IMG/VR virus record: IMGVR_UViG_2049941000_000131
Source of the DNA: an uncultured virus (IMG/VR IMGVR_UViG_2049941000_000131)
Lineage: Duplodnaviria > Heunggongvirae > Uroviricota > Caudoviricetes
Reading direction: 5' to 3' (one strand)
DNA: 38,188 nt
In this document: positions 18,402 through 29,014 of the stretch, piece after piece
Numbering within the stretch: position 1 is the first letter of the stretch
Layout: every line of letters begins with the position of its first letter
Made by a program: the position numbers and the translations under genes
Notes under the pieces: generated by a model
The model's database searches: none
What the model was told of the DNA's origin: nothing
The model's input: the letters and a program-made list of their open reading frames with translations, nothing else

Positions 18402-18661
18402 CCGCTGCGGAGTTTGTACTCTGCTGTAAAAACGCAGGACTTGCCGCCTGCGAGATCGACGAATGGAACATAGGAACGATAATGGACTTTATTCATATCA
18501 AAAATAAATCAATGTCGAAGAACGACAGCGCATACAGCGACGACGAGAGATATAAGACGCTGAAAACGCTTGAACCGAAGGTTGACGAGGATTACAGAAA
18601 CGGACTTATACCGAAAGATAAGTACGACAAATTCAAACAGCAGCTTGCGGAGTGGGAATAG
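18365..18661 (+). CDS. Tail assembly chaperone T extension (G-T fusion)
   Basis: The -1 frame reads RRKGGKSSGETMTAAEFVLCC...LAEWE. An allelic copy of its 3' part is at 19308-19484. Confidence 0.75.
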   Translation, partial: RRKGGKSSGETMTAAEFVLCCKNAGLAACEIDEWNIGTIMDFIHIKNKSMSKNDSAYSDDERYKTLKTLEPKVDEDYRNGLIPKDKYDKFKQQLAEWE

Positions 18662-18664
18662 AAT

Positions 18665-18729
18665 AAACCGCCCTCACGGTTAGATGAGAGCGGTTTATAC
18701 TTTGCAACAAATAGCAAGGTGCTTTTTTA
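18665..18729. terminator. Two hairpins between chaperone and TMP (repeated at 19486-19549)
   Basis: AAACCGCCCTCA...TGAGAGCGGTTT pairs fully on the minus strand. TACTTTGC...GCAAGGTG followed by CTTTTTT is a plus-strand terminator. Confidence 0.6.
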
Positions 18730-18750
18730 TACCCGAAAAGAGGTGAAATA

Positions 18751-19297
18751 ATGGCATTAAAAGCAATAAAGGGTATCACGGTTGAGATCGGCGGCGATAC
18801 CGTCGGACTGCAAAAAGCATTGAACGAGGCTGACAAATCGTCAAAAATACTTNNNNNNNNNNGTTGAAAAGCTTAGAAACAGAGCAGACCGATGTACAGA
18901 AAGCTACAGACAAAGCAAGCGGCAGTACAAAAGAATTCGGTATTTCTCTTGATGGTGCAAAGGCTGCGGCAGGCGGTTTTGTTTCTGCTNNNNNNNNNNG
19001 ATACTCGGTTCATTGAGTACGGCAATTCTCGGGGCACTGCCGCAGTTGACGCAGGCATTCTTTAACCTGATCACAAGTACGGCGGAGGCATTACTCGGGA
19101 TACTGCCGGAGATACTTCCGACGATTATAACGATGGTTACGTCACTGATTGAGTTGCTGTTGCCGGAGCTTATCAACACGGTAATAACGCTTGCTCAGAG
19201 TATAGCCGAACATCTGCCTGAAATCCTTACGGCATTAGTAACCGCACTGCCCGCACTGATAGACGGTATTCTGAATGCCGTACTCGGACAAATACCG
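18751..19297 (+). CDS. Allelic fragments of tape measure protein (three pieces separated by gaps)
   Basis: MALKAIKGITVEIGG..., RLKSLETEQTDV... and ...LPALIDGILNAVLGQIP match parts of 19572-22150. Confidence 0.8.
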
Positions 19298-19571
19298 NNN
19301 NNNNNNNAGACTTTATTCATATCAAGAATAAATCAATGTCGAAGAATGACAGCGCATACAGCGACGATGAGAAATACAAAACACTGAAAACGCTTGAACC
19401 AAAGGTTGACGAGGACTACAAAAACGGACTTATACCAAAAGATAAATACGACAAATTCAAGCAGCAGCTTGCGGAGTGGGAGTAAAAACCGCCCTCACGG
19501 TTAGATGAGAGCGGTTTATACTTTGCAACAAATAGCAAGGTGCTTTTTTATACCCGAAAAGAGGTGAAACA

Positions 19572-22150
19572 ATGGCTTCAAAAGCAATAAAGGGTATTAC
19601 GGTTGAGATCGGCGGCGATACCGTCGGACTTCAAAAAGCGTTAAACGAGGCTGACAAATCATCAAAAATACTCAATTCAGAGTTAAGACAGGTCAACAAC
19701 GCTTTAAAATTCGACCCGACAAATACAACGTTGCTTGCGCAGAAACAGCAGATTTTATCCGAGCAGGTCAAGAACACATCGGACAAATTACAGCAGTTAA
19801 AAAGCGTACAGTCGCAGGTTGAGGAAAAGTACAAAAGCGGTGAGATAGGAGCAGACGCTTACAGGGCGTTTCAAAGAGAGATTATAAGTACGGAAAGCAG
19901 GTTGAAAAGCTTAGAAGCAGAGCAAACAGATGTGCAAAAAGCCACTGATAAAGCAGACGACAGCACAAAAGAATTCAGTATTTCTCTTGATGGTGCAAAG
20001 GCTGCGGCAGGCGGTTTTGTTTCTGCTGCCGGAGCGGTTGTTGACGGGTTAATAGCTGTCGGTGACTATGCGATAAAAGCAGGGCAGGATTTTGTAAATA
20101 TGGTTGACAGCGTCGGGAATGCAGGAGACGCCATAGACAAAAATTCGCAAGCGGCGGGAATGTCTGCCGAAGCATATCAGGAGTGGGGATATGTTTTGCA
20201 AAGAAACGGAGCCTCCGCAGACAGCTTGGCAACATGGATGAAAAAGCTGAACAATAATGTTGATGATGCTGTAAGCGGAACTGATTCTGCCGTCGAAAAA
20301 TTTACAAGACTTGGTATTTCCGTTGATGATTTGCAGAATAAATCCCGTGAAGATGTTTTTGCGGAAGTAATTTCATCTTTGCAAGGAATGGAAAACGAAT
20401 CCGAGCGTGCGGCGGCTGTTAATGACTTATTGGGCGGATCGGCGACCGATCTGGGCGCTTTGCTTAATTCCACATCGGAGGATACACAGGCTCTCAGGGA
20501 TAACGCTCATGCTTTGGGGCTTGTAATGTCTGATGAGGCGGTTGCGGATTCGGCGGCATATGCAGACGCTATGCTTGATTTACAAAGTGCTTTTACAGGC
20601 GTAAAAAACACAGTCGCTTCTGAGGTTTTGCCGAGTTTTACAGAGGTGTTGCAGGGGTTAACGGGAATGGTTATCGGCACTCAGGGCGCAAGCGATGAAT
20701 TTTCAAAAGGAATAAATAATATTGTCCAAAGTGTTACCGAGATTATACCGCAAGCAGGAGAAACGATTGCGAATATTACAACGACAATAACCTCAGTTGC
20801 TCCCGATATCGTTTCCTCAATTTCAACCCTGATCGACTCCGTAGCGAATACCCTTGCGGAAAATGCGCCGAGTTTGGCGCAGTCGGCGGGGGAACTGGTG
20901 ACATCTATGGCAAGCGGATTTGTCAGCAATTCCGAAACAATCCTGAATGCTGTTATATCAATAGGCGAAAGCATAATGGGAGAGCTTCCGTCTGTGCTTG
21001 CACTTCTTACCGCAAAAGCAGGGCAGTTTGCTTCGACAATAGTAAACTTTTTAAGCAGCGGAATACAACTCGTTGTACAGAATATCCCTCAAATTCTTAG
21101 TTCTCTCAGTGTGGCAATTTTGGAAACCTTGCCCCTGCTTACACAGTCGGTGTTTGACCTGATTACAAGTGCAGTAAACTCACTGCTTGAACTGATACCC
21201 GAAATACTACCGACCGTTATTGAACTTGTAACATCGTTAATAGAATTATTATTGCCCGACATTATTCAAATGGTTGTTACGCTTGCAGAGAGCATTGCGG
21301 AAAATTTGCCCGAGATCCTCGCGGCGATAGTAACTGCATTGCCCGCACTGATAGACGGTATTCTGAATGCCGTACTCGGACAAATACCGATACTCCTGCA
21401 GGGTGTGTTTACCATAGTAAACGCGCTGATCGGAGCATTGCCCGAAATCATCGTTATGATAGTGCAAATCGTACCGCAAATCATCAAATCAATTATCAAC
21501 GCAGTAACAACAAATCTCCCGATTATTGTGCAGACAGGTGTAATGCTGTTTACTTCTCTTGTGGGTGCGTTGCCCGATATTATAAAAGCTTTGGTTGCTG
21601 TTCTGCCGCAGATTATTACATCGTTGGTATCTGCAACTGTCGAAAGCTTGCCTCAGCTTATAGACGGAGCAATACAGCTTGTGTTGGGTATTGTCGAAGC
21701 TATACCCGAAATAATTGACGCGCTGATCGAAGCTACACCCAAGATTATCTCGGCAGTTGTTACGGGGCTGACGGACGCATTACCGCAGCTTATCGAGGGC
21801 GGCATACAGCTCACACTCGGCGTTGTAAAAGCAATACCGCAGATAATTTCGGAACTTATAAAAGCTATTCCGGACATTGTCGACTCGTTGGTTTCGGCAT
21901 TTGGCGATAACATATGGATGTTTGTTGACATTGGCAGTCAGCTGATCACCGGACTATGGAACGGCATCGCAAATGCCGCAGATTGGCTGTGGCAGCAAAT
22001 TTCAAGCTTTTTCGGCGGCATTGTGGACGGTATCAAGGACTTTTTCGGTATTCATTCTCCGTCAACGCTGTTTAAAGAACAGATAGGCGAAAATCTTGCG
22101 CTCGGTATTGGCGAGGGATTTTCCGACACAATGACAGACGTTACAAAGGA
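19572..22150 (+). CDS. Tape measure protein (3' end continues at 22161-22560)
   Basis: IKGITVEIGGDT N-terminus, amphipathic Pro-punctuated repeats, and GIHSPS near the end. Confidence 0.93.
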
Positions 22151-22160
22151 NNNNNNNNNN

Positions 22161-22560
22161 TTTTTTCGGCGGCATTGTTGACGGTATCAAAAACTTTTTC
22201 GGCATTCATTCGCCGTCAACGCTGTTCAGAGATCAGATAGGCGAGAACCTCGCCCTCGGTATTGGCGAGGGATTTTCCGACACAATGACAGACGTTACAA
22301 AGGATATGCAAAACTCTTTGCCGACTTCGTTTGATGTTGACCCTGATGTAAATATAACAAGCGGCGACACACGTATGCAGGTAATGCCGCAACAGATGAG
22401 TGGTGTAAGCACTGTTCAGTCGGACATGGGGACGGTAAATTTCACCCTCAACATCGAAAACTTTAACAATGCGGATAATACCTCTTTAACAAATCTGTCA
22501 GACACGATCACATACACACTTTATAATCTGATTTACAGACAAAAGGCGGTGACGGCATGA
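22161..22560 (+). CDS. Tape measure protein C-terminus (another allele)
   Basis: Overlaps the end of the previous fragment in sequence. ATGA overlap with the next gene. Confidence 0.85.
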
Positions 22561-23149
22561 TACACGATTTTGAGTATAACGGGAGGAAATTGTCGGAGCT
22601 GGGAGCGGTGATTTCGGAGAATCCTCATTATGCTTTGTCTGTAAGAGAATTGAATTTTGACAAAATACCGCAGAAAAGCGGCGATATTATTACCGACAAA
22701 AAGAGATTCAAAAACTTGTCTGTGACGTACAACGTAACGTCTGTTCCCACTTTTGCGAATATTACGGAACAGTCTTTTGTGAATACGCTGTCGGAGTGGC
22801 TTTTATCGACATATGAATACGGTATTTTACGTGATACATATAGCGTAGGATATTTCCGAAAAGCAGTTGTAACAGGTATTACAGAGCCAAGCGTTATCGT
22901 TAGCGGAGTTGTGTCTGCAAAGGTGACTTTCAACAGCGATCCGTTTCTGTATTCTGATATCGGAATAAATACAATAAGCCTGACCTCTGCGAATAACGCA
23001 GCATCAGCGACGATCATTAACCCCGAACAATGGGACAGCGAACCGATTATTAAAATAAACGGCAGCGGTAATTTTTCCGTATCGGTTGGTAATGTGTCGT
23101 TCAATCTAACCGGAGTCAACAATTACATAATTATTGACAAACCAAACGA
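22557..23149 (+). CDS. Distal tail protein (Dit), 3' end at 32392-32733
   Basis: FEYNG start, TFNSDPFLYS and EPIIKINGSG. Follows TMP. Confidence 0.85.
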
Positions 23150-23159
23150 NNNNNNNNNN

Positions 23160-23532
23160 TGGCAAAAACAGTAGTATGCGGAATGTTTGTTAAGGTCAAA
23201 CCGAATCCACATGACAATCCTCAAATTTTTGAAATTTACGCTATGTCGGTCGAAGAAAGCAAGAATACCATATCGGGACAGCATATCCACTACCTGATGA
23301 ATACCAACATAAGCATAGAACCTCCGGTGGGCGGCGCAGCAGATACACCCGAAAATTTGTGGTCACATATGCAGATATACTTCGCGTTAACTAATCTGTT
23401 TTCTTTTTCGTCCGATATTACATCATCACACAAAATTTTATCATCGAATAATGTTAATATTTCTCTCGGTGAAATGCTGTGCGGTGTTGTTGGGTCAATG
23501 GTTGATATTTTCGGCGGTGAGCTGTATTATGA
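23160..23532 (+). CDS. Tail hub / prophage endopeptidase-type tail protein, internal fragment
   Basis: KVKPNPHDNPQIFEIY...GSMVDIFGGELYY. Overlaps the 30364 fragment. Confidence 0.75.
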
Positions 23533-23542
23533 NNNNNNNNNN

Positions 23543-23701
23543 CTGTCCGACAGTTTCGGGAATAACAGGCGTATGATATGCAGTCATCTTGTCGGCAATG
23601 CTCGCTTGCTCTTCACTTGTTCCCAACCTTGCATAAACTAACGAGCCAGTTTCCCACTCGCCATTATCAACTCGTTTCCCTCTGAATAAAATCTCTCTCA
23701 T
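23543..23701 (-). CDS. YopX-family protein, N-terminal fragment
   Basis: MREILFRGKRVDNGEW...PETVGQ with RBS AAGGAG. Confidence 0.8.
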
Positions 23702-24115
23702 TCTGTTTCTCCTTTCATCTTTGTGCCGCAACACGAACAAAATCTCNNNNNNNNNNNNNNNNNNNNNNNNNNNNNNNNNNNNNNNNNNNNNNNNNNNNNN
23801 NNNNNNNNNNNNNNNNNNNNNNNNNNNNNNNNNNNNNNNNNNNNNNNNNNNNNNNNNNNNNNNNNNNNNNNNNNNNNNNNNNNNNNNNNNNNNNNNNNNN
23901 NNNNNNNNNNNNNNNNNNNNNNNNNNNNNNNNNNNNNNNNNNNNNNNNNNNNNNNNNNNNNNNNNNNNNNNNNNNNNNNNNNNNNNNNNNNNNNNNNNNN
24001 NNNNNNNNNNNNNNNNNNNNNNNNNNNNNNNNNNNNNNNNNNNNNNNNNNNNNNNNNNNNNNNNNNNNNNNNNNNNNNNNNNNNNNNNNNNNNNNNNNNN
24101 NNNNNNNNNNNNNNN

Positions 24116-24299
24116 AAGCTTGACCGCAGTCAGGGCAGAAATTAAATTTTTTAATAAACACATCTTCTATATCTTGACTATCACAACTCGGGCAGTGATA
24201 CACCCAAGGACTTTTTTCTATCGGTTTCTTCGGTATCTGCTTTTCAAGCGCTTTAATAGTAAAATCAAGCGCTTTTTCCTGCGTTCTTTTCACTCCGGC
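24116..24299 (-). CDS. Zinc-ribbon phage protein fragment
   Basis: ALEKQIPKKP...CPSC...FCPDCGQA. Confidence 0.7.
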
Positions 24300-24309
24300 N
24301 NNNNNNNNN

Positions 24310-24763
24310 TCTCCTTTCAGCAATTCGGGGTTGTCGTGAATGTTGCCGATAATTATAGCGTTATAGTCTCTGCAAAACGCTTGGGACTCTAAATGATATG
24401 TATGACCATGGTTGTCATCGAAATACCAACCCCAACTTGTCGATTTTTCCGATGGACTTCCATATTTTACAGCCGCTATTGCGGTAGTGTGAAAACCGGT
24501 AATTTTTACTATATCCCCCTCAAAAATCCTCGTGCCGTTCTTGTCGGTTAAGCCTGTGTATTGTCCCACCGTTTCAGGTTTTACCATCCATGAATTGTGA
24601 TATTCAGGCGCATAAATAAACGTGTCGCAATTTGGAGTAAACACAAGTGTTGCTTTTCCACTCTCTCGTTCTCTTTTGTTAATATCGGATTTGTAAAAGT
24701 ATCCATACAGCCAACCGTTTTGTTCTTGTAAGTCTTTCCCTCTAAACAAAATCTCTCTTTCAT
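24310..24763 (-). CDS. YopX-family domain (in frame with the upstream protease-like ORF)
   Basis: REILFRGK, TVGQYTGLTDKNG, IFEGDIV and IGNIHDNPELL. Confidence 0.85.
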
Positions 24764-25316
24764 TTTCGCACCGCACCGTTTCATCTTGATTTTTAAATAC
24801 AAAACTCCATTCATATACATCGATTGGAGATTTTAGTACACCACAGCATAGTTTGCCATTATAGATTTTTCCTTTTTTATGTTTGCACTTAGGAATTCTC
24901 ATGTCCTTACCACAAATTGAGCAAGAGCATTCACTAATCCCACAACCTATACTTACTTCTTTCTTTATGCCGCTGTCAAGCATAGCGATTAAATCCTTGT
25001 TTGATTCGCACACAGGCAGATACGCTTTTGCCGTAAGTCGGACATAATCCGCACCGTAAGCGGTTTTTTTCGGCGATAAGTTTTCAGTCTTACAGCTGTA
25101 AATGCGTGCGACTTGATTTTTTGCGGACGGATTATGGTCATAAATACCGGTAACGCCGACAAACATTTTTGAAAGTTCTTCGAGAGTATCGGAAGTAAAA
25201 CACTCTAAATCCCTTTCAATGTCGTTGTCGCAAAGCACAACGGGAAAGGTATAAACTTCGTCAACCGAATAATTCTTATGTGCAACGCTATTTATAAGAA
25301 CCAAATCATCACTCAT
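24764..25316 (-). CDS. Prohead-protease-like domain with a Cys/His zinc-ribbon insert
   Basis: DRD-like DIERDLECF, GIYDH, KEVSIG and YEWSFV occur in the order of HK97-type proteases. CSICG...CKH...C insert. Confidence 0.6.
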
Positions 25317-25503
25317 TTTCGCTTTCCTCCCATTCAAACACCTTATCAAACAGCCACTTAATTACATTCATCATTTTGGCTTTTGTGATACTGTTGTGAG
25401 TAGGCATTTTAAGGACTTCGTAAACTGCCTCACCCTTTTCTAAAACCGTAAAATCAGGACTATCAATGTTGTCGAAAATTACACACGCTTTACTTGTTTT
25501 CAT
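25309..25503 (-). CDS. Hypothetical protein
   Basis: RBS GGAGG, with overlaps to both neighbours. Confidence 0.65.
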   Translation of the reverse strand: MKTSKACVIFDNIDSPDFTVLEKGEAVYEVLKMPTHNSITKAKMMNVIKWLFDKVFEWEESENE

Positions 25504-25697
25504 TCTTCAAATCCTCCAACGCTTCCTCAGCTTCTTCTCTCGTTAAAAATACCTTTTTCCCAATTTCAAACCAATAGAAATTTTTGGTTTCACAATTAAT
25601 CAGTTCAATCCGTTCGCTCACCGTGAAGCCCTTAACCGTTCGGCTGTAGATCTTGCCGTCTTTCGTAATTGGTTCGAAAACCTCGTCCCCAATCTTG
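25490..25697 (-). CDS. Hypothetical phage protein, C-terminal fragment
   Basis: KIGDEVF...IGKKVFLTREEAEEAL, a common early-region motif. Confidence 0.65.
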
Positions 25698-25707
25698 NNN
25701 NNNNNNN

Positions 25708-25902
25708 CTCTCCTTTAATCATCGCATACTGTGCCTTAAGCCTAACAACTTCAAGAGTTGCCTGAACATTAATCAAATCATTAGCTATATCGTCCATACC
25801 GTACTCAGAATATTCATCAAGATGTTTTGCAAGCACCGTTTCAACAGATTTCTCTGCACTTCTAATAAGCTGTACAAGCTCGCTTGGTTCTTTTTTTAGC
25901 AT
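25708..25902 (-). CDS. Hypothetical protein (3' end in gap)
   Basis: MLKKEPSELVQ..., downstream of AAGGAG. Confidence 0.55.
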
Positions 25903-25907
25903 TCTTC

Positions 25908-26204
25908 TCAATCTCCTTCCATTTTCGCACCGCAATAAGGGCAGTACGGAGTTTTAAACTCCTTTATACGCTCAAATTGCTGTGTATATGCATAATGTTC
26001 AAGGCTTTTTGCAGGAGCGTCTTTCCAGTCTTTGTTCCATTCAAATGCACCGCTTCTCTTGTGGCAAGCAGAACAAGACACAACACATACACTCTTGCTA
26101 TATAACCAATGATTATAATCTCCACGTCCTTCGTCCCCGTAGTCTTCTCTGACCCACTCTGTTTTCCAAAACGCTTCCGACTTCCTTATCAATTCGTCAC
26201 TCAC
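25908..26204 (-). CDS. Zinc-ribbon hypothetical protein
   Basis: CSAC...YCPYCGAKM, with RBS AAGGAGG. Confidence 0.7.
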   Translation of the reverse strand: MSDELIRKSEAFWKTEWVREDYGDEGRGDYNHWLYSKSVCVVSCSACHKRSGAFEWNKDWKDAPAKSLEHYAYTQQFERIKEFKTPYCPYCGAKMEGD

Positions 26205-26377
26205 TTTCGTTTTTCCTCCTTTTTTGTTGACAAAACATATACATCATTGTCTTTGATCTCGTAAACCTTTGTCGTAACGTTGGTTACGGTTGTAAAAGAC
26301 TGTTGTGTTACTCCTACCGCTGTAACAGATAACACTTGATCATACCCGTCAGGGATTAATAAAGTTATTTTCTTCAC
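26201..26377 (-). CDS. 58-aa hypothetical protein missing from the ORF track
   Basis: GTG start after AAGGAG (MKKITLLIPDGYDQVLSV...). GTGA overlap with the next gene. Confidence 0.6.
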   Translation of the reverse strand: MKKITLLIPDGYDQVLSVTAVGVTQQSFTTVTNVTTKVYEIKDNDVYVLSTKKEEKRK

Positions 26378-26540
26378 GTTCTTTGCTCCTTAAAACATAA
26401 CTCTCAAATTCCAACCGCTCATAATCCGACAGTGGACACCACCTCGGGATATTTTTATATTTCTTGTAGCGTTCGTAAAGCTCCCGATACTTTGGGTTGG
26501 TGATGTCCACTTGATAACCGTACTTGTTATTCAATATCAC
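26349..26540 (-). CDS. Hypothetical protein
   Basis: NKYGYQVDITNP...YERYKKY...PLSDYERLEFE, with AGGAG upstream. Confidence 0.65.
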   Translation of the reverse strand: MILNNKYGYQVDITNPKYRELYERYKKYKNIPRWCPLSDYERLEFESYVLRSKEREENNFINP

Positions 26541-26962
26541 AACTCCTNNNNNNNNNNNNNNNNNNNNNNNNNNNNNNNNNNNNNNNNNNNNNNNNNNNNN
26601 NNNNNNNNNNNNNNNNNNNNNNNNNNNNNNNNNNNNNNNNNNNNNNNNNNNNNNNNNNNNNNNNNNNNNNNNNNNNNNNNNNNNNNNNNNNNNNNNNNNN
26701 NNNNNNNNNNNNNNNNNNNNNNNNNNNNNNNNNNNNNNNNNNNNNNNNNNNNNNNNNNNNNNNNNNNNNNNNNNNNNNNNNNNNNNNNNNNNNNNNNNNN
26801 NNNNNNNNNNNNNNNNNNNNNNNNNNNNNNNNNNNNNNNNNNNNNNNNNNNNNNNNNNNNNNNNNNNNNNNNNNNNNNNNNNNNNNNNNNNNNNNNNNNN
26901 NNNNNNNNNNNNNNNNNNNNNNNNNNNNNNNNNNNNNNNNNNNNNNNNNNNNNNNNNNNNNN

Positions 26963-27352
26963 CAAAATGTCTGCCGGAATATCTTCCGTTTCTTTCGGTT
27001 TTCTCGCCCTCGTCGGTGCAGGCTTGTCATTGTCGCTGTTCTTCTTGCTCTCGCAGAATTCAGCCTTATCGACAAGCACATCGGTTGTATATACCGTCCT
27101 GCCGTCCTTATCGGTGTATGAACCTGTCTGAATACTGCCAGATAAAAGAATCCGCTGACCTTTGGAAAAGTATTTGTCGATAAAATCCGCTGTACTTCTC
27201 CATGCAACGCAGTTTATGAAGTCGGTCTTGTCCTCGCCGTCCTTGCTGTATCTGTCAACTGCGACGGTAAAGCGGCAGAACGACAAACCACTTTGAGTTG
27301 TTTTAAGTTCCGGGTCTTTGGTTAAGCGACCCATTAAGATGACGTTGTTCAT
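26963..27352 (-). CDS. ssb: Single-stranded DNA-binding protein (3' end in gap)
   Basis: MNNVILMGRLTKDPELK, DFINCVAW and KYFSKG. Confidence 0.95.
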
Positions 27353-27367
27353 TATACNNNNNNNNNN

Positions 27368-27500
27368 TGGTAATTTCCTGATTATTATAAACCAATATGG
27401 CTTTCCCACTGATTTCATTCTCGCTGACTTCGGTAATTAACGAAATGTTTAATAGTCCTCTAATACCGTTCGTGTTAATGATCTCAATGAAATCTTTCAA
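27368..27500 (-). CDS. Hypothetical protein, N-terminal fragment
   Basis: TTGA overlap with the ERF stop. Confidence 0.5.
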
Positions 27501-27985
27501 TTCTGAATTCCCTCTTTCTTACGACAGTCAATGCATATTGCTTTGCCGTATTTCTTCTCTGTCATGTGGTACGCCTGCGCCGCCGTGTACTCTTTGCCGT
27601 TGAGTGTAGACGGTTCAAACGGTTTACCACAGCATACGCATTTATACTCTTCATTTGCCGTCTGCGCGTCCTTAGAGCCGTTGTTTGTCGTGTCGCTGTC
27701 CTTTGTATCGTCTATTGCAAACAACGCATTTAAAGCGTATTTTCGGGCATATGATGAACTTGCTCCCGTGACCTGAGAGCCGTCCATGCCTTTCTTGCTT
27801 TCTTCCTCTCTTGCGTATGCCGTGGTACTGATCTTGCTTTTGCCGTCCGTGATCGTTGCCGTCGCTTTGACATAATACCTTGTGCCGATCATAGCGACTT
27901 CATCGCTCAGCAGGATAACAAGGCTTTGTTTTTTTAGCAGTGGTTTCAACGCTTCGAGAATGTCCTCGCAGTTGCGGTAATTATA
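27497..27985 (-). CDS. ERF-family ssDNA annealing protein, C-terminal part
   Basis: SQVTGASSSYARKYALNALFAID, with a C-terminal CxxC...CxxC. Confidence 0.9.
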   Translation of the reverse strand, partial: YNYRNCEDILEALKPLLKKQSLVILLSDEVAMIGTRYYVKATATITDGKSKISTTAYAREEESKKGMDGSQVTGASSSYARKYALNALFAIDDTKDSDTTNNGSKDAQTANEEYKCVCCGKPFEPSTLNGKEYTAAQAYHMTEKKYGKAICIDCRKKEGIQN

Positions 27986-27995
27986 NNNNNNNNNN

Positions 27996-28265
27996 TTTGC
28001 TTTCTTCCTCTCTTGCGTATGCCGTGGTACTGATCTTGCTTTCGCCGTCCGTGATCGTTGCCGTCGCTTTGACATAATACCTTGTGCCGATTATTGTGAC
28101 GTCATCACACAACAAAATGACTAGCTTGTGCTTTTTAAGCAGTGGTTTCAACGCTTCGAGAATGTCCTCGCAGTTGCGGTAATTATACTTACCGAAACTG
28201 TTGTACTGCCCCTTCGGTGCTTTCAACTCGGTTTGTATCTCTGTCAGTTTTTCGTATATTGTCAT
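27996..28265 (-). CDS. ERF-family protein, N-terminal part (second allele)
   Basis: IQTELKAPKGQYNSFGKYNYRNCEDIL. Overlaps the previous fragment with substitutions. Confidence 0.9.
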
Positions 28266-28468
28266 TCTGTTTCCTCCTTCGGAATTAACGGGCAGTCATC
28301 GTTTCTGCGCTCGTTTGGATAGAAGCAAATCGACTGCGTGAGATTGCAGCGTCCTGTTCTGCGATCATAAAACGTGCAGTTTATACATTTGGATTTTCCT
28401 TCCGGAAAACAACACTCAACGACAGCGTAATAACGCTCATATTTCAGCACACCGTTAATCATGCTCAT
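28262..28468 (-). CDS. Cys-rich hypothetical protein
   Basis: MSMINGV...CINC...C...CPL, with RBS GGAGG and an ATGA overlap. Confidence 0.65.
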   Translation of the reverse strand: MSMINGVLKYERYYAVVECCFPEGKSKCINCTFYDRRTGRCNLTQSICFYPNERRNDDCPLIPKEETE

Positions 28469-28470
28469 GA

Positions 28471-28662
28471 CTATTCCTCCCCGGCTGTTCTTTTTTGGGC
28501 GCAGTTTTCGCAGTAGCAAAGATCGCCAATCTCCCAATATTCTTCGCCTGAAAAAATCTCGTTGCCGCAATAATCGCACTCGAAAAGCGGTTCTTCTGTA
28601 TACCGATCGGGCAGCTGATTATCATAAGCGCGCTGTGCTTCTTCAAAGAAATAATCACTCAT
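28471..28662 (-). CDS. Small zinc-finger protein
   Basis: CDYCG...YCENC. Confidence 0.7.
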   Translation of the reverse strand: MSDYFFEEAQRAYDNQLPDRYTEEPLFECDYCGNEIFSGEEYWEIGDLCYCENCAQKRTAGEE

Positions 28663-29004
28663 TTGGAGCCGCCTCCTGTCTTGTGTACCAGTCGGTGTAA
28701 TAACGTTCCATGTCGGAAAGAATACGGTTGAGATCGTTCAAAATATCGTCCTCGGTTCTGTATTCGGACTCACAAAGGCGAAAGCATATATCACCACCGC
28801 AATATGTGAATTCTCCTCCTTCTATACATCCGTGTGGGTAACAACGTACTTCTATTGATGCACAGGATCCATGAAATTCATCCATAAATGTCGGCTTATC
28901 GCCCGTGCATTCCTGCCTTGTAGGTGTGTTGTTGTAAAACAACGCTCTCTCTCTGATACGGAGCACCGTATCTCTGACTTTTGTTGACATTGGCTTCATG
29001 TTTT
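28655..29004 (-). CDS. Hypothetical protein allele 1 (start at 11049)
   Basis: Shares its first codons with 11049-11111. Fused to the initiator in the ORF track only across a gap. Confidence 0.7.
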
Positions 29005-29014
29005 NNNNNNNNNN

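Noticed and set aside
24761..25934. 15-bp repeat CATTTTCGCACCGCA at ~24761 and ~25920 as another cassette boundary
   Set aside because: The copies are separated by a scaffold gap, and the motif encodes the very common CGAKM ending. It is suggestive but not supportable here.
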